Source: Rebecca billardiae RCC1528
Lineage: Eukaryota > Protista > Haptophyta
Length of the DNA: 64,000 bases
Assembly (NCBI GenBank): GCA_965240325.2
Contig: OZ251231.1
Location: 2,480,001-2,544,000 of the forward strand
Reading direction: 5' to 3'
Under the pieces are notes generated by a model. It had not been told where the DNA came from. It saw only the letters and a program-made list of their open reading frames with translations, and made no database searches. A program made the translations under genes and the position numbers. Shown piece by piece: positions 35,249-46,938 of the stretch. The first letter of the stretch is position 1. Each line of letters opens with the position of its first letter.

Positions 35249-35739
35249 CCGGGGGTTCCCCCCCCCGGGGCCCCGCCGGCCCGAGGCGCAGACAATTTTT
35301 GGGCAGCCTATTTGGGAGTGAATAATGACGAAATTACTAACCGTACGACGACAGACTATCAGTACTGACGAGTGACTCATGATTCTCATGAAGAGCGCGA
35401 TTAGACAGCCGCACTCCGACTAGTCGCGGTCAGCAGCCCCGTCTGTGAAGACCTGCATGAGGCTCGCCTGCCGAGCCATCAACTTGGCCAGCTCGCGCGC
35501 ACTCACTGCTGCCGCGAACCCGCCTTGGCTCGTCGAGGACCCGGCGAGTCGGCGCCGCCGCCCCGCGCAGGCGCGCACTGCTTCGGCCTCGGGCCCGGGG
35601 GCTGTCCGGGTGCACACCATGACTACCGGACTGCTGTCACGTGACGGACCCATTGCCGACGTGACGCGTCACGTGATCACGTGTCACGTGATCACGCCGT
35701 GATATCACGCTGGCACGTGATCACGAACTCCCAGCCCTG
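35115..35739. mobile_element. Non-autonomous hAT-type DNA transposon (MITE)
   Basis: TIRs cagggctgggaattcgt ... acgaactcccagccctg (16/17). Flanking 8-bp TSD ttgtgaca / ctgtgaca (7/8). Clustered subterminal CACGTGA/TCACG motifs at both ends. Confidence 0.85.
35210..35247 (+). repeat. Poly-G tract (38 nt) inside the MITE
   Basis: Uninterrupted G run followed by tccgggggttccccccccgggg. Confidence 0.9.
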
Positions 35740-35802
35740 CTGTGACAGGTCTGGCCGGGACAGTACACATACTGAGCGCGGTGCGATTGATATGCATGGC
35801 CT

Positions 35803-35848
35803 AATCTCGCCTGCCTGAGCTGTGTGCGTCTCTTATTCTTAGTAAACT
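35803..35848. repeat. 46-bp dispersed repeat, copy 3
   Basis: Identical to 31328-31373. Confidence 0.9.
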
Positions 35849-36577
35849 AAGGTATTCATCATCATCAACGGTCGTAGTCGTAGCTAGTTGTGGCCTGTGT
35901 AGCCTGTGAGTGAGTGTGACTTCCGGCGGACATCTGCCATCTTGCCTCCGCCGGTCCGGCGGTGCCATGCCTGTCACGGTGTCCGAGAGAGGCCCGCCTG
36001 CCTGCAGTCATCGACACCGCGGTCGCGGTGACGCTGGCTGGAACGGCCTGGATCGTGTGCCTGAATTCCCGCGTGGTGGCGACTACCTAGTATACCTGTA
36101 TGCATATGCGAAACTGATGATACCCGGACTGGGTATTTAGTTATAGAAAATATAGATTCTGAACCTATTGGAGGTGTGGCTGATGATCCGCATCAGTGAA
36201 TCAGTGATGATCCATCTGGCATCTGGCCGTAAATCGTAATGTCGTCACTCGTCTGACAAGGGTGAAGGGACCGCCTGGGGTGGTCGTCAGGAGCTATAGA
36301 GTATAGTGTCAAATCAATGATAATCCATCAGAGGCGGCGATCCCGCCGATTGCAGTGTCAAGATGTAACGCTCCAGTGACCGGACTGGGGGGTGGACCGA
36401 ACTCCGAAGCCGGAGCCTCGTGACACGCGGTCCGTACTGCTGACAGCTGAGTCCGACAGTCGTAACGGCGTAACGCCGGCCGCCCCGCGGCCCCGCGGCC
36501 CGGGCCCGCGGGGGCCCCGGCGGTCAGGCGCCGCTCCGGCCTGCCAGGACTCAGTAGTGACGATATCGATATGTCAG

Positions 36578-36593
36578 AATAAATAAATAAATA

Positions 36594-36674
<81 letters not shown>
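36578..36674. repeat. (AAAT)n + (TA)n microsatellite
   Basis: Direct inspection. Confidence 0.97.
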
Positions 36675-36675
<1 letters not shown>

Positions 36676-36909
36676 CTTGTCGAGTCAGACTCAGAGCAAT
36701 CCGGGACGGCGAGGCCGACGGGCTGAGACCGGTCAGGACGGACCCGTCACAGACAGAGGTAATACGTTACGACTACTACTGTTAGGTGACGTATCATGAT
36801 GCGCTGCCAGGCGGGCAAAGCTGAAAACGCCGGGCACCAAAGTCGTGGCCCAAGGCAGATGGGCCCAGCCGTGATGTACAAGAGAAGCAGCCATAGTCCA
36901 GAGCACGCG

Positions 36910-37545
36910 TCACACAACCCCCGTGCGCCCCGCGGCGAACGCCTTGAGCCCGTGCTCGAAGAGCTCCTCCGTCATGCCACTCGGTGTCCGGACGCATACG
37001 ATGCCGTCGCAGTTCCGGGCGACGTCGCCGCAGTTGTCGCCGTAGATGCAGTCGTCCCAAAAGATCATGGAGGCGAAGTCCACGCCCGACTCTTTGGCGA
37101 TGTTTGGCACGTGCGTCCGGCCCTTGTTGCCCGGGAATATCTGCCTGTAGCTCACGAGCTGCGCAACAGTCGTCCCGGTCGCCTCATCCACCACAATGTT
37201 CTCCAGGCACGTCTGTGCCCAGTCCGGGCACGTCGTGCTGCTCGCAACGGCGACCTGGAGGTCGGGCCCTCCAATCGACGCCCGGTCGTGCAGCACCCGC
37301 CGCAGCACGGCGAGTGCGCCAGGAAACAGCCTGACCACGTCGCCGCCTGCGCGCATGCCTCCGGCCTTTGCGTCGTACACGGTCGGGGCACTCGACAGCT
37401 CGAACATCTCCGGCGTCCACAGGCAGGCGTCCAGGTCAAAGATGAGGAGGCGTGGTACCCGTCGTGACGAGGCGGCGGGCGCAGACATGGTTGGCGACGT
37501 GGCCGCGCTGACGGACACCAGCACGACAAGCGGCACGATGCTCAT
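36910..37545 (-). CDS. MDP1: Magnesium-dependent phosphatase 1-like (HAD IIIC), paralog A
   Basis: LLIFDLDACLW (DxD), RLFPGA, VAVASST, QIFPGNKGRTH, MIFWDD, TPSGMT. Hydrophobic signal-like N-terminus. Confidence 0.88.
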   Translation of the reverse strand: MSIVPLVVLVSVSAATSPTMSAPAASSRRVPRLLIFDLDACLWTPEMFELSSAPTVYDAKAGGMRAGGDVVRLFPGALAVLRRVLHDRASIGGPDLQVAVASSTTCPDWAQTCLENIVVDEATGTTVAQLVSYRQIFPGNKGRTHVPNIAKESGVDFASMIFWDDCIYGDNCGDVARNCDGIVCVRTPSGMTEELFEHGLKAFAAGRTGVV

Positions 37546-37686
37546 GAAAGGATCCACCCCGACCAGGCACCGGCACGCCGATGCTGCAAGCTACGGCAGT
37601 ACTGGTACATACTACTACGGCACTGGGTCTCCGGTCCAGTCCGGGGCTTGATTGACCCCAACAATCCGCGACTACTGCCAAGGGCG

Positions 37687-38994
37687 ATGGCGGCGGGCTC
37701 GACCGCCGTCATCAGGCTTGGACTGTTCTCGTGCGTAGCCCTCGCCTCCGGCGCAGGGGAGCTGGTGCGCCCTGCTGGCGCTCCGACATGCGGCGCGTTC
37801 ATCAACGTGCACAACCCGAAGGCTGCCGGGGAGTCGGTCAACAGCCTGATGCGCGCCCAGGCCGCTTTTAAATTCTGTCGCCGCAACCAGTGCGTCGACC
37901 TCGAGCACGGCGGCCAGCTGTTCAGCCTGCTGCACCACTGGATGGCGAACGGCACGCTTCGCAGGCGGCACCCGTACGTGTGGACCGAATGGCACGCCGG
38001 TCCGTCGATGCCAATCTTCACGCACCCGCCGTCGATCTATGCGTCGATGATTCCACTCGCCGCGATGATGCGCGATCGGCTCGCGCGCGGCGCCGAGGGC
38101 GCGCCGGCGTGCCGCGTGGTGCTCGCCACCATGCTGCGGCGACCGATGAGCCACCTGCTCTCGACCTACAACTTCGTGCGCCCCTCGCTCCCTCGGGGCA
38201 CCACCCTCGACGACTTCATGGCGCTGCTCAAGACGCAGCGCCGCTGGACGTACCTCGGCGTGCTCCAAGACATCCCGTCCAAGAAGGATGCCATGGCGCT
38301 GCCGCGGGTCGAGCGCTCGTCGCCCGGGCACGAGGCAGGCTGGGTGGACGGTGGCGGGCAGCGCGGCGGCTTCATCACCCTGGAAGCCCGCCGCGACCTC
38401 GACGCCGCCGCCAAGCGGCAGACCTTTGCGCTGCTGGACACATACATCGACATGCTGGACGTGGTGGGCTTTGTCGAGCGGTTCGAGCCGTCGCTGCAGC
38501 TGATGATCGACGCGATGGGGCTGCGCTGCGCGCGGTGGCGGGACGAGGTGCACGCGTGCGCGGCGGGCAAGTGCATCGGCGCGAAGGGGCGCGCGCGGGC
38601 ACGGGCGGAGCCGCGCGTCGACCCGGCGGCGATGCTCGCGAACGCGTCCTTCCACGCACACTTTGAGGCGACCTTCCCGGGGCTCGAGGGCTGGTTTGCG
38701 AAGCGACTGGCCGGCTTTGACCGGCAGCTCGAGGGGCAGGGGCCGGCGTTCGCGGCGCGAGTGCGCGTCCTGCGCGCGAGGCACGAGCAGCAGTCCCGAA
38801 ACGCACACGACGCGCTGCTGCAAGAGGCAGACGTGTGCCGCGTGAGCAAGCTCGTGCGCGGTGGACTCAGTTTTCGACTTGGTGCCGGTGGTGTACGCGC
38901 CGGACGGGGTCGCGGGGCTGCTGGGCCCCGCAGTCATGCGCGTCGTGGTCTGAGACGACGAAGCTGGCGGTCCGACTCGGGCGAGCATTATTGA
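37687..38994 (+). CDS. Golgi-type (Sulfotransfer_2-like) carbohydrate sulfotransferase-like protein
   Basis: 5'-PSB-like FINVHNPKAAGES, 3'-PB-like TMLRRPMSHLLSTYNF, and VVGFVERFEPSLQLM. N-terminal signal/anchor. Confidence 0.7.
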   Translation: MAAGSTAVIRLGLFSCVALASGAGELVRPAGAPTCGAFINVHNPKAAGESVNSLMRAQAAFKFCRRNQCVDLEHGGQLFSLLHHWMANGTLRRRHPYVWTEWHAGPSMPIFTHPPSIYASMIPLAAMMRDRLARGAEGAPACRVVLATMLRRPMSHLLSTYNFVRPSLPRGTTLDDFMALLKTQRRWTYLGVLQDIPSKKDAMALPRVERSSPGHEAGWVDGGGQRGGFITLEARRDLDAAAKRQTFALLDTYIDMLDVVGFVERFEPSLQLMIDAMGLRCARWRDEVHACAAGKCIGAKGRARARAEPRVDPAAMLANASFHAHFEATFPGLEGWFAKRLAGFDRQLEGQGPAFAARVRVLRARHEQQSRNAHDALLQEADVCRVSKLVRGGLSFRLGAGGVRAGRGRGAAGPRSHARRGLRRRSWRSDSGEHY

Positions 38995-39221
38995 TGCGAG
39001 TGGCAACTGAGTCTCGTCTCTCAGCGATCGGATCTCACCTGTCCGAGTGACAGTGTCACGGTTCACCATCAGCTTGCTAACGACATCGTCGATCATCCGA
39101 ATACTTCAATAAATTATTATTATACTACTTTATATATATTATATTCTGCTATAATAAACGTCGTGTATTCACTCCTCACTGCGGCCCGGGAATAATATTG
39201 CATATGAATTATGACGATTGA

Positions 39222-39224
<3 letters not shown>

Positions 39225-39294
<70 letters not shown>
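39225..39294. repeat. (TA)n microsatellite
   Basis: Direct inspection. Confidence 0.97.
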
Positions 39295-39296
<2 letters not shown>

Positions 39297-39543
39297 TAGT
39301 ATTAGATCGATTATCGATCATCGCCATTATCGCGCGGATTCAACGGATCGCGACCGCGTTATCGGTTATGGGCTATGCTCGATTGCAGTTGCTCGAGTCT
39401 CAGACTCAGTCACACGGCGTCGGCGGACATCTGGCGGCTACCATATAGCCGGCAGCCTCGGTCCACACACAAGCGCATGGCGCCTTGCTTCGTACGGCGC
39501 GCAAGACCTCGGGCGCATACTACTGCATGCCCTCCATGCGCAC

Positions 39544-40320
39544 CTACTCCTGCTCGTCCTGGAGCGGCGTGCGCACGTTGCCGGCGCCGGCGCCAGCACC
39601 AGCCGTCCGGCCGGCGAGCGCCTCAGCCGAGTCGGCGCTCGCGAGCTGGTGGTACTTGTCAAGGCCCGCCTCCCACTGCTCGGTCGTCATCCCAGTGGGA
39701 GTGCGCATCGTCACAACCCCTGGGCAGTTGCGCTCGACCATCCCGCAGTGGTCGCTCCACGCGCTGTCGTCGAAAAAAAGCATGTTCGAGTAAGGCACTC
39801 CCGTCAGCTCTTTCAGGATCGGGAAGTGCGTGCGCGACTTATCGGACGAGAGCGGCTTGGTGCGGCCGATCTGCAGGTTTGGCTCGCCGTCACCGTCCTC
39901 CCACCCCATGCGCAGCACGTCGAGCATCGTCACCCCGGGCAGCACCTCGAGCACCTCCATCGCCTGCCGACCAATCTCGACAGCGCGAGGCGTGTCGGCG
40001 CTCGAGGCGACTGCAAGGCGCATGCCCTGCGGGATGAGCTCGTCGTGACACTGCTGCAGCGCCCTGAGCGCCCCGGGGAACATGCGAATGACGTCGCCGC
40101 CCGAGTGCACACCGATGACGCCCTCCCCCCGCCCAGCCAGGTCGCCGCGGATCGGGCGGTCGCAGTCGTCCCATAATGTGTACATTTCCGGCTGCCAGAC
40201 GCACATGTCGAGGTCGAGCACGCAGAGCGTGGGCAGCACGCGCGAGCTCAGCGCGCGTGAGGAGCTCGCCGACGGGGACGCCAGCGCCAGGGCCAGGGGC
40301 ACCACCAACGCCAGAGACAT
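39544..40320 (-). CDS. MDP1: Magnesium-dependent phosphatase 1-like (HAD IIIC), paralog B
   Basis: CVLDLDMCVWQPEM, RMFPGA, LAVASSA, DKSRTHF, MLFFDD, TPTGMT. N-terminus MSLALVVPLALALA followed by an S/R-rich stretch. Confidence 0.88.
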   Translation of the reverse strand: MSLALVVPLALALASPSASSSRALSSRVLPTLCVLDLDMCVWQPEMYTLWDDCDRPIRGDLAGRGEGVIGVHSGGDVIRMFPGALRALQQCHDELIPQGMRLAVASSADTPRAVEIGRQAMEVLEVLPGVTMLDVLRMGWEDGDGEPNLQIGRTKPLSSDKSRTHFPILKELTGVPYSNMLFFDDSAWSDHCGMVERNCPGVVTMRTPTGMTTEQWEAGLDKYHQLASADSAEALAGRTAGAGAGAGNVRTPLQDEQE

Positions 40321-40727
40321 GTCGCGCTGCAGTACGCGCTGGAGCGGCCGGCCAGTCGCCTCGAGCTCGTCGCTGCTGGAAGCGATACAGTCGTAGTAGA
40401 TTCCCCGCCGAGTCACCGGACCCGGATGCGGGCGAGAAATCAACAACCACAGATTCCGGTCGGCGGTCGCTCGTCGTGCCGTTCATGGATTCTGGAAGGC
40501 GATGGCGGGAACTCACCGGCCGCCCCCGGGGGGGGGGGCGGGGGAAGCTCGATCTCTGGCAGAGCCTTGAGTGACTCAGTAGCTAGTAGTGGAGTGTGTT
40601 GTGCCGGTGTGCCGCGCCGTGCCGATCACGATGCTTCCTGACGGTGCAGTCGATAAACTATGCGGCTAGTATGAAGAGTGGGCCGGATCGGCCTCATTTT
40701 ATAACTACTGCTCAGCGATTACACCGC

Positions 40728-42830
40728 TCAATAAGCTCTAGTTGTCAACGCGCCCCGCGACGCTGTCACGTTGGCTGCCGTCCGGCCGCCAAGCCGCTGA
40801 GCGACCTGCCCAATGACGAGCGCGCGCTTCTCGCGGCTTGCGCCGTTGAGGTGCAGGAAGCAGATGTCGCGCGGCACCCCGGTGGCTCGGTCGGTATGCC
40901 GGATGCGGCCGTCCAGCGCGACGCGCGTGGTGCGGAGGGGGTCCCTCTGCCCGCCCTTCGCGTCGAAGAAGGTGCTGAGCGCCAGCAGCGAGCAGTGGTC
41001 AACGGCCACGTCTGCCGTGTGCCCGGCCCAGTACCAGCTGAACCCCAACTGGTCGTTGAGCAGGTACGGCAGGTACTTGGCTCCGGCCCCGACGGAGCGC
41101 GCGCGCCACATGCCCGCCTGCATCTCGGCCGCGACTCGCTCGACGACGGGCAGCAGCGCGGCCACGCTGCCAGCGAACACGCCCGAGTTGAGGTACGCGG
41201 GGAAAGGGGCGGGCGTGCGCGGCGCGCCGCCGGCTGGCCCGTCGGCGCGCGCCGCCTCGCCCTCGGCCGCGTCCGGCGCGCAAAGCCGCCGCGCCCACGG
41301 TGGCGCGCGGCGCTGCCACTCGGCCGGGAGCTCGATGCCACGGCCGTGCAGCTGCGGGCTCGCGTTCAGCCCCCCCCAGCTCCCTAGGGTGCCGAGCTCG
41401 CCGCTGAAGATGACGCGCGCGCCGGACAGTGCAAACAGCGTGTTCAGCCGCTCGCGCACGCCCGCCAGCAGGTCGGCCTCGGCGCCGCCGTCGGGCTGGC
41501 AGCCACCCCACACGGCGTCGGTGCCGTCGGTGAAGACCACGGTGCGGTTGGCGCGCCCGGCGGCGGCGGCGGCGCGCAGGTAGTCGCGCAACGCGAGCAC
41601 CTTGGTCGTGTGCAGCGTGTACGGCGGCGCGCGCTCGCCGGGCGCGCCGCCGGCAAGGTTGAGCACCGGGCATGGCACGCGCCGCGCTGCCGCCGTGGCG
41701 CAGAGCGTGCGCTCGATCGCGCTCTCGACGACGCGGCCATCCTTCGACGCGTACGTGAGCACGACGAGCCCGCCCTCGCCCTCGGCGACGCGCCGCCACG
41801 GCCTCGCCGCCGCGTACTGGTTCCACGCGTCTCGCCACTCCAGGAAGGCGGCGTGCGGCTGCAGGGCGCCGAGCACTTTGGCGGAGATGGGCATCAGCCC
41901 GCCGGCGAAGGAGGGCGCGTCGTCCCAGCGCCATCTCTCCCACAGCGTCCACGGCGCCTTCGCCGTCAGGTGCGCGACGCCCACCCGCGCCGCTGCCCAG
42001 CGCTCATCCGAGCGCCGGTCGTGCACGGCCAGGTCGGGGTGGTCCCCGAGGGGGCCGATCAGGGAAGGGTGCGCTGCCGCCCACGCGCGCAGGCGCTGCA
42101 TGGGCGTTGGTAGGACGCTCGCCTGGCGGAGCCTGCGCTTCCCGCCCGACGGAACGCGGCCGCCCTTCAGCGGCCCAGTGCCCTGCCACGGGTCGACGGC
42201 GATCAACTGCGAGTGCAGCACCGCCGAAGGCCGCAGGAGCAGCGTGCGAAGCCCGAGCGGCGCCCGAGCGGCGCATGCCGGTGCGGCCGAGGAGGCCCCC
42301 GGCTGATCAGCGGCTGGGCCGCCGCTCCCGCACGCGGCCATCACGAAGGTATGCGAGCTCGACGCCAGCTGCGCGATGGGGAGCTCGCTGTCCATGTTCC
42401 CGCGCACCAGCGCGCCACGCTGGATGTACGCCACCGCCTCCCAGCCCGTCGTGTTGGGCCGTGCGAGCGCGACAAACGGGTCAGCGTTGGCCTCGCGCGA
42501 GTGCAGGCGCACGAGCACGCAGCCCAGGTCAAGCAGCCAGGCGCGCTCGTGTGACGACACGTTTGCCGTGACTGTGTGGAGAACCGCCAGCGGGCGGCGC
42601 GCGCCGTGCTGCCGAAGCACGAAGGCGAGCTGCAGCGCGAGAGGCACCAGGCCTGCGCTGTCGATCACCGTCGCGTAGCCCCAGCGTACGTCAGAGGCTG
42701 GTGCCGCCGCCGACGGGTCGAGGAAATTTCGCGCCGCCTTGTTTGCGACTGGACGCCCGCCACCGCGAACGCCCGCCGCTACCAAAAGTGCTGCCAGGCA
42801 AGCACCACGGGCGGCACCGCAGGCCGCCAT
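40728..42830 (-). CDS. Secretory glycosyltransferase-like protein: degenerate GT8-like N-half + PLOD-type GT C-half
   Basis: The C-half has KVLALRDYL...VVFTDGTD...VIFSGE...YLNSGVFAG...NDQ...HLNG (PLOD/LH3 GT-like). The N-half WGYATVID...ALQLAFVLRQHGARRPLAVL is GT8-like but lacks DxD. Confidence 0.62.
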   Translation of the reverse strand: MAACGAARGACLAALLVAAGVRGGGRPVANKAARNFLDPSAAAPASDVRWGYATVIDSAGLVPLALQLAFVLRQHGARRPLAVLHTVTANVSSHERAWLLDLGCVLVRLHSREANADPFVALARPNTTGWEAVAYIQRGALVRGNMDSELPIAQLASSSHTFVMAACGSGGPAADQPGASSAAPACAARAPLGLRTLLLRPSAVLHSQLIAVDPWQGTGPLKGGRVPSGGKRRLRQASVLPTPMQRLRAWAAAHPSLIGPLGDHPDLAVHDRRSDERWAAARVGVAHLTAKAPWTLWERWRWDDAPSFAGGLMPISAKVLGALQPHAAFLEWRDAWNQYAAARPWRRVAEGEGGLVVLTYASKDGRVVESAIERTLCATAAARRVPCPVLNLAGGAPGERAPPYTLHTTKVLALRDYLRAAAAAGRANRTVVFTDGTDAVWGGCQPDGGAEADLLAGVRERLNTLFALSGARVIFSGELGTLGSWGGLNASPQLHGRGIELPAEWQRRAPPWARRLCAPDAAEGEAARADGPAGGAPRTPAPFPAYLNSGVFAGSVAALLPVVERVAAEMQAGMWRARSVGAGAKYLPYLLNDQLGFSWYWAGHTADVAVDHCSLLALSTFFDAKGGQRDPLRTTRVALDGRIRHTDRATGVPRDICFLHLNGASREKRALVIGQVAQRLGGRTAANVTASRGALTTRAY

Positions 42831-43178
42831 GCTGCACCTTTTATTGGCGATCGATGAAGGCAAAATTAATTAAGAACTCCCTCATTACGACCCATCACTT
42901 TTTACCGTTGATGGACGAAATTGACGTGCCTAAAACATTCGATGAGCCGGATTCGTCGCCTGGATAGGACATTTGCATCGCTAATTCGCTGATGCTACCA
43001 TTTCTATGTCGAGATGATGAGATTCCCAGTAGGCTTTTCTGTGTCAGGATTCACAGATGCGCTTGGTCGCCTGTTTTTTCTTAGCGGGTTCACGGAGGTT
43101 GCGCGTCAGGTTCAAGGTGCGGGCGGCACTGATCCGCGACTACAAAGGGTGCGGCCAGACGGGGGGCGCGAGCCCGCG

Positions 43179-43991
43179 ATGCCCTCGAGAATGTCTGAGG
43201 CGGACGCGGTGGCGAGCGCGGAGTGCGGGGACGTCGATGGACTGGCGTTGTGGTGCAAGCAGATGGGAGGTGCGAGCGCAGTCAACACCACGCTTTCGAC
43301 GGGCTCCACACTGCTGCACGTCGCCGCTGAGTCAGGCCAGCTGGGAGTCGTGCAGTTCCTCATCGACTCGGGTGCTGCGCTGATGGTGGACTCGGATGGG
43401 CAGAACGCCTTGCACTCAGCAGCGGTCTCGGGGCACGCGAGCGTCATTGCAGCCCTCATCGAGGCCTACGGCCCGGCTGCGGCTCAGGAGGTCAACCGGC
43501 GGGACCAGTACCGCATGACACCGCTGCACCTCGCCGTCGAGGGTGGGCATCTCGCCGCCACATCGTACCTCGTCTCGCTGCCGCAGCTCGCCGGGCGCTC
43601 GCGCCGCGACAGCATCCACTTCATCGCGCTGCGCCACGGCCACCGCCGCGTGCTCAAGGTGCTCGAGGAGAACACGCCAGAGACGCCGCCAGAAACACCG
43701 TCGCCGCAGCTCGCGCCGCAGGTGAAGCACGCGCCGCTGTCCTCCCTCCACACCCTCACCAATGACGCGCGCACGGAGGGCGACGGCGGCTCCAGCTTCT
43801 CCGCGAAGCCGGCGCCGCTGGCGGCGGCCGCACCACCGCCGAAGCCGGTGCACAGCAGGCCCCGCTGGCGCCTGGGCAAGTTCTGGGAACGGCTCGGCCG
43901 GCCTCGGAACAAGCGTGCGCACGTGAGCCACCGGGCGGAGCGGCAGCACCGTGTGTTTGCGTGGGGTCGCGAAGCAACCGCCTCGGCCTGA
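43179..43991 (+). CDS. Ankyrin repeat protein
   Basis: GSTLLHVAAESGQLGVVQFLI, GQNALHSAAVSGH, MTPLHLAVEGGH. Confidence 0.85.
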   Translation: MPSRMSEADAVASAECGDVDGLALWCKQMGGASAVNTTLSTGSTLLHVAAESGQLGVVQFLIDSGAALMVDSDGQNALHSAAVSGHASVIAALIEAYGPAAAQEVNRRDQYRMTPLHLAVEGGHLAATSYLVSLPQLAGRSRRDSIHFIALRHGHRRVLKVLEENTPETPPETPSPQLAPQVKHAPLSSLHTLTNDARTEGDGGSSFSAKPAPLAAAAPPPKPVHSRPRWRLGKFWERLGRPRNKRAHVSHRAERQHRVFAWGREATASA

Positions 43992-44889
43992 TGGTGCCGT
44001 CAGCAGCACGTGCCGCGCCACGCGTGTCGCGCGTGCGAGGCCGACAGGCCGCCATCGGTTGCCGGAGTCGATCAGAGCATACCGGATGAGTTTGCCGCGG
44101 CGCAAGTCAATGACGCTGCCCCGCCGCCCGGGTCACGCCAGCTGGCAGTCCGCGGCATCGGCGGCACTGAATTATGATCCCTCATCGCCCTCGCGGCTGC
44201 GAGTCAGACCGCGCAGCCTGGCCTGTGCGCGGAGCAGCACATTAGCTGACGATGCATATATCATACGACTCGATCCTAGGACGCGCTTATATGACTACTG
44301 GCTCGACTACCGTCTGACGATGCGGCGCGGCACCGCTACAGCGGCCACCGCCCGCCGCCCGGGCCCGGCGGCCACCGGGCCCGGCACCGGGCCCGCCGCG
44401 CGGGGCCCGGCACGGCCGGCACCGCGTCGCGGCCGCGGGCCGTCGGCTGAGAACTGAGCCAGTAGTGAGACGGCTGACGGCCGACAGTGAGTGTGACTCA
44501 GTTAGCCTGGGACCGTATCATATATATATTCAGCGCATTCCGCGCCTGAGCCTGAGGCCGACTGCTTAGGACGGTTCCTCCGGTACTCCGGGTAGTCCGA
44601 TCGGCCCAGAATCAGATTTGCAGCGGCCCGGGCGCCGTCAAAACACCTGACGTCGACGACGACGGCGACGATTCGCGGAAGACTTGTGTCTTGACGACGA
44701 TGATGTCACGAGCTCACCGCGGTCATCCTCCTCGAGCCTGGAGCGTTGATGGGCGCATATCAAGCATGCGCATGGCCGCCGGTGGATAGAATGCAGCTAG
44801 ACCACAGCTGGAAGCAGAGGCTGCCTCGGGTCTCCGCATGTCCGGGCACGTCGCCAGTTGACAGAGACAGATGTCCGCGCGGCGGCGCG

Positions 44890-46427
<1,538 letters not shown>

Positions 46428-46938
46428 GGTGCCGCGCCTGTCGCTGGCCACACCCGCGCCCACGCGCGGACAGGCCCCCACCGAGCTGACGGCGCCGGCT
46501 CCGTCCGACCCGAGGGATGCGCAGCAGCGAGGCTGCCGCCGATGGCTTTGATGCTGGCTTCTCATTGGGCGGCGAGGCAGCGCGTCGAACGCGGGCGAAC
46601 ACGGTTCGATGCTCGGGACGAATTCACCGCGACCCTTCAAAGTCTCGCGGACAGGCAGACAGATCTACAGCATCGGATCTTGATCCAAAGCTTGATCACA
46701 CTCACAGTCACTCAGTCAGCATCATTGCATGAAGCTTTCAGCTGCCCAGTCGTTCAGCAGCAGCATCGCGCGTACACAGGTCACACTCACAGCGTGACAC
46801 CGTCTCAGCCGTCGTCTGAAGATGCGTCCGAGGCAGATCGAATGCGACGCTGAGGGCGTGGCGCGTGTGGAGGTGGGAGCACGGCGCACGGCAGGCTGGC
46901 AGCAAAGCATCAGCATGCCACATGCGCGCGCTGCGCCA

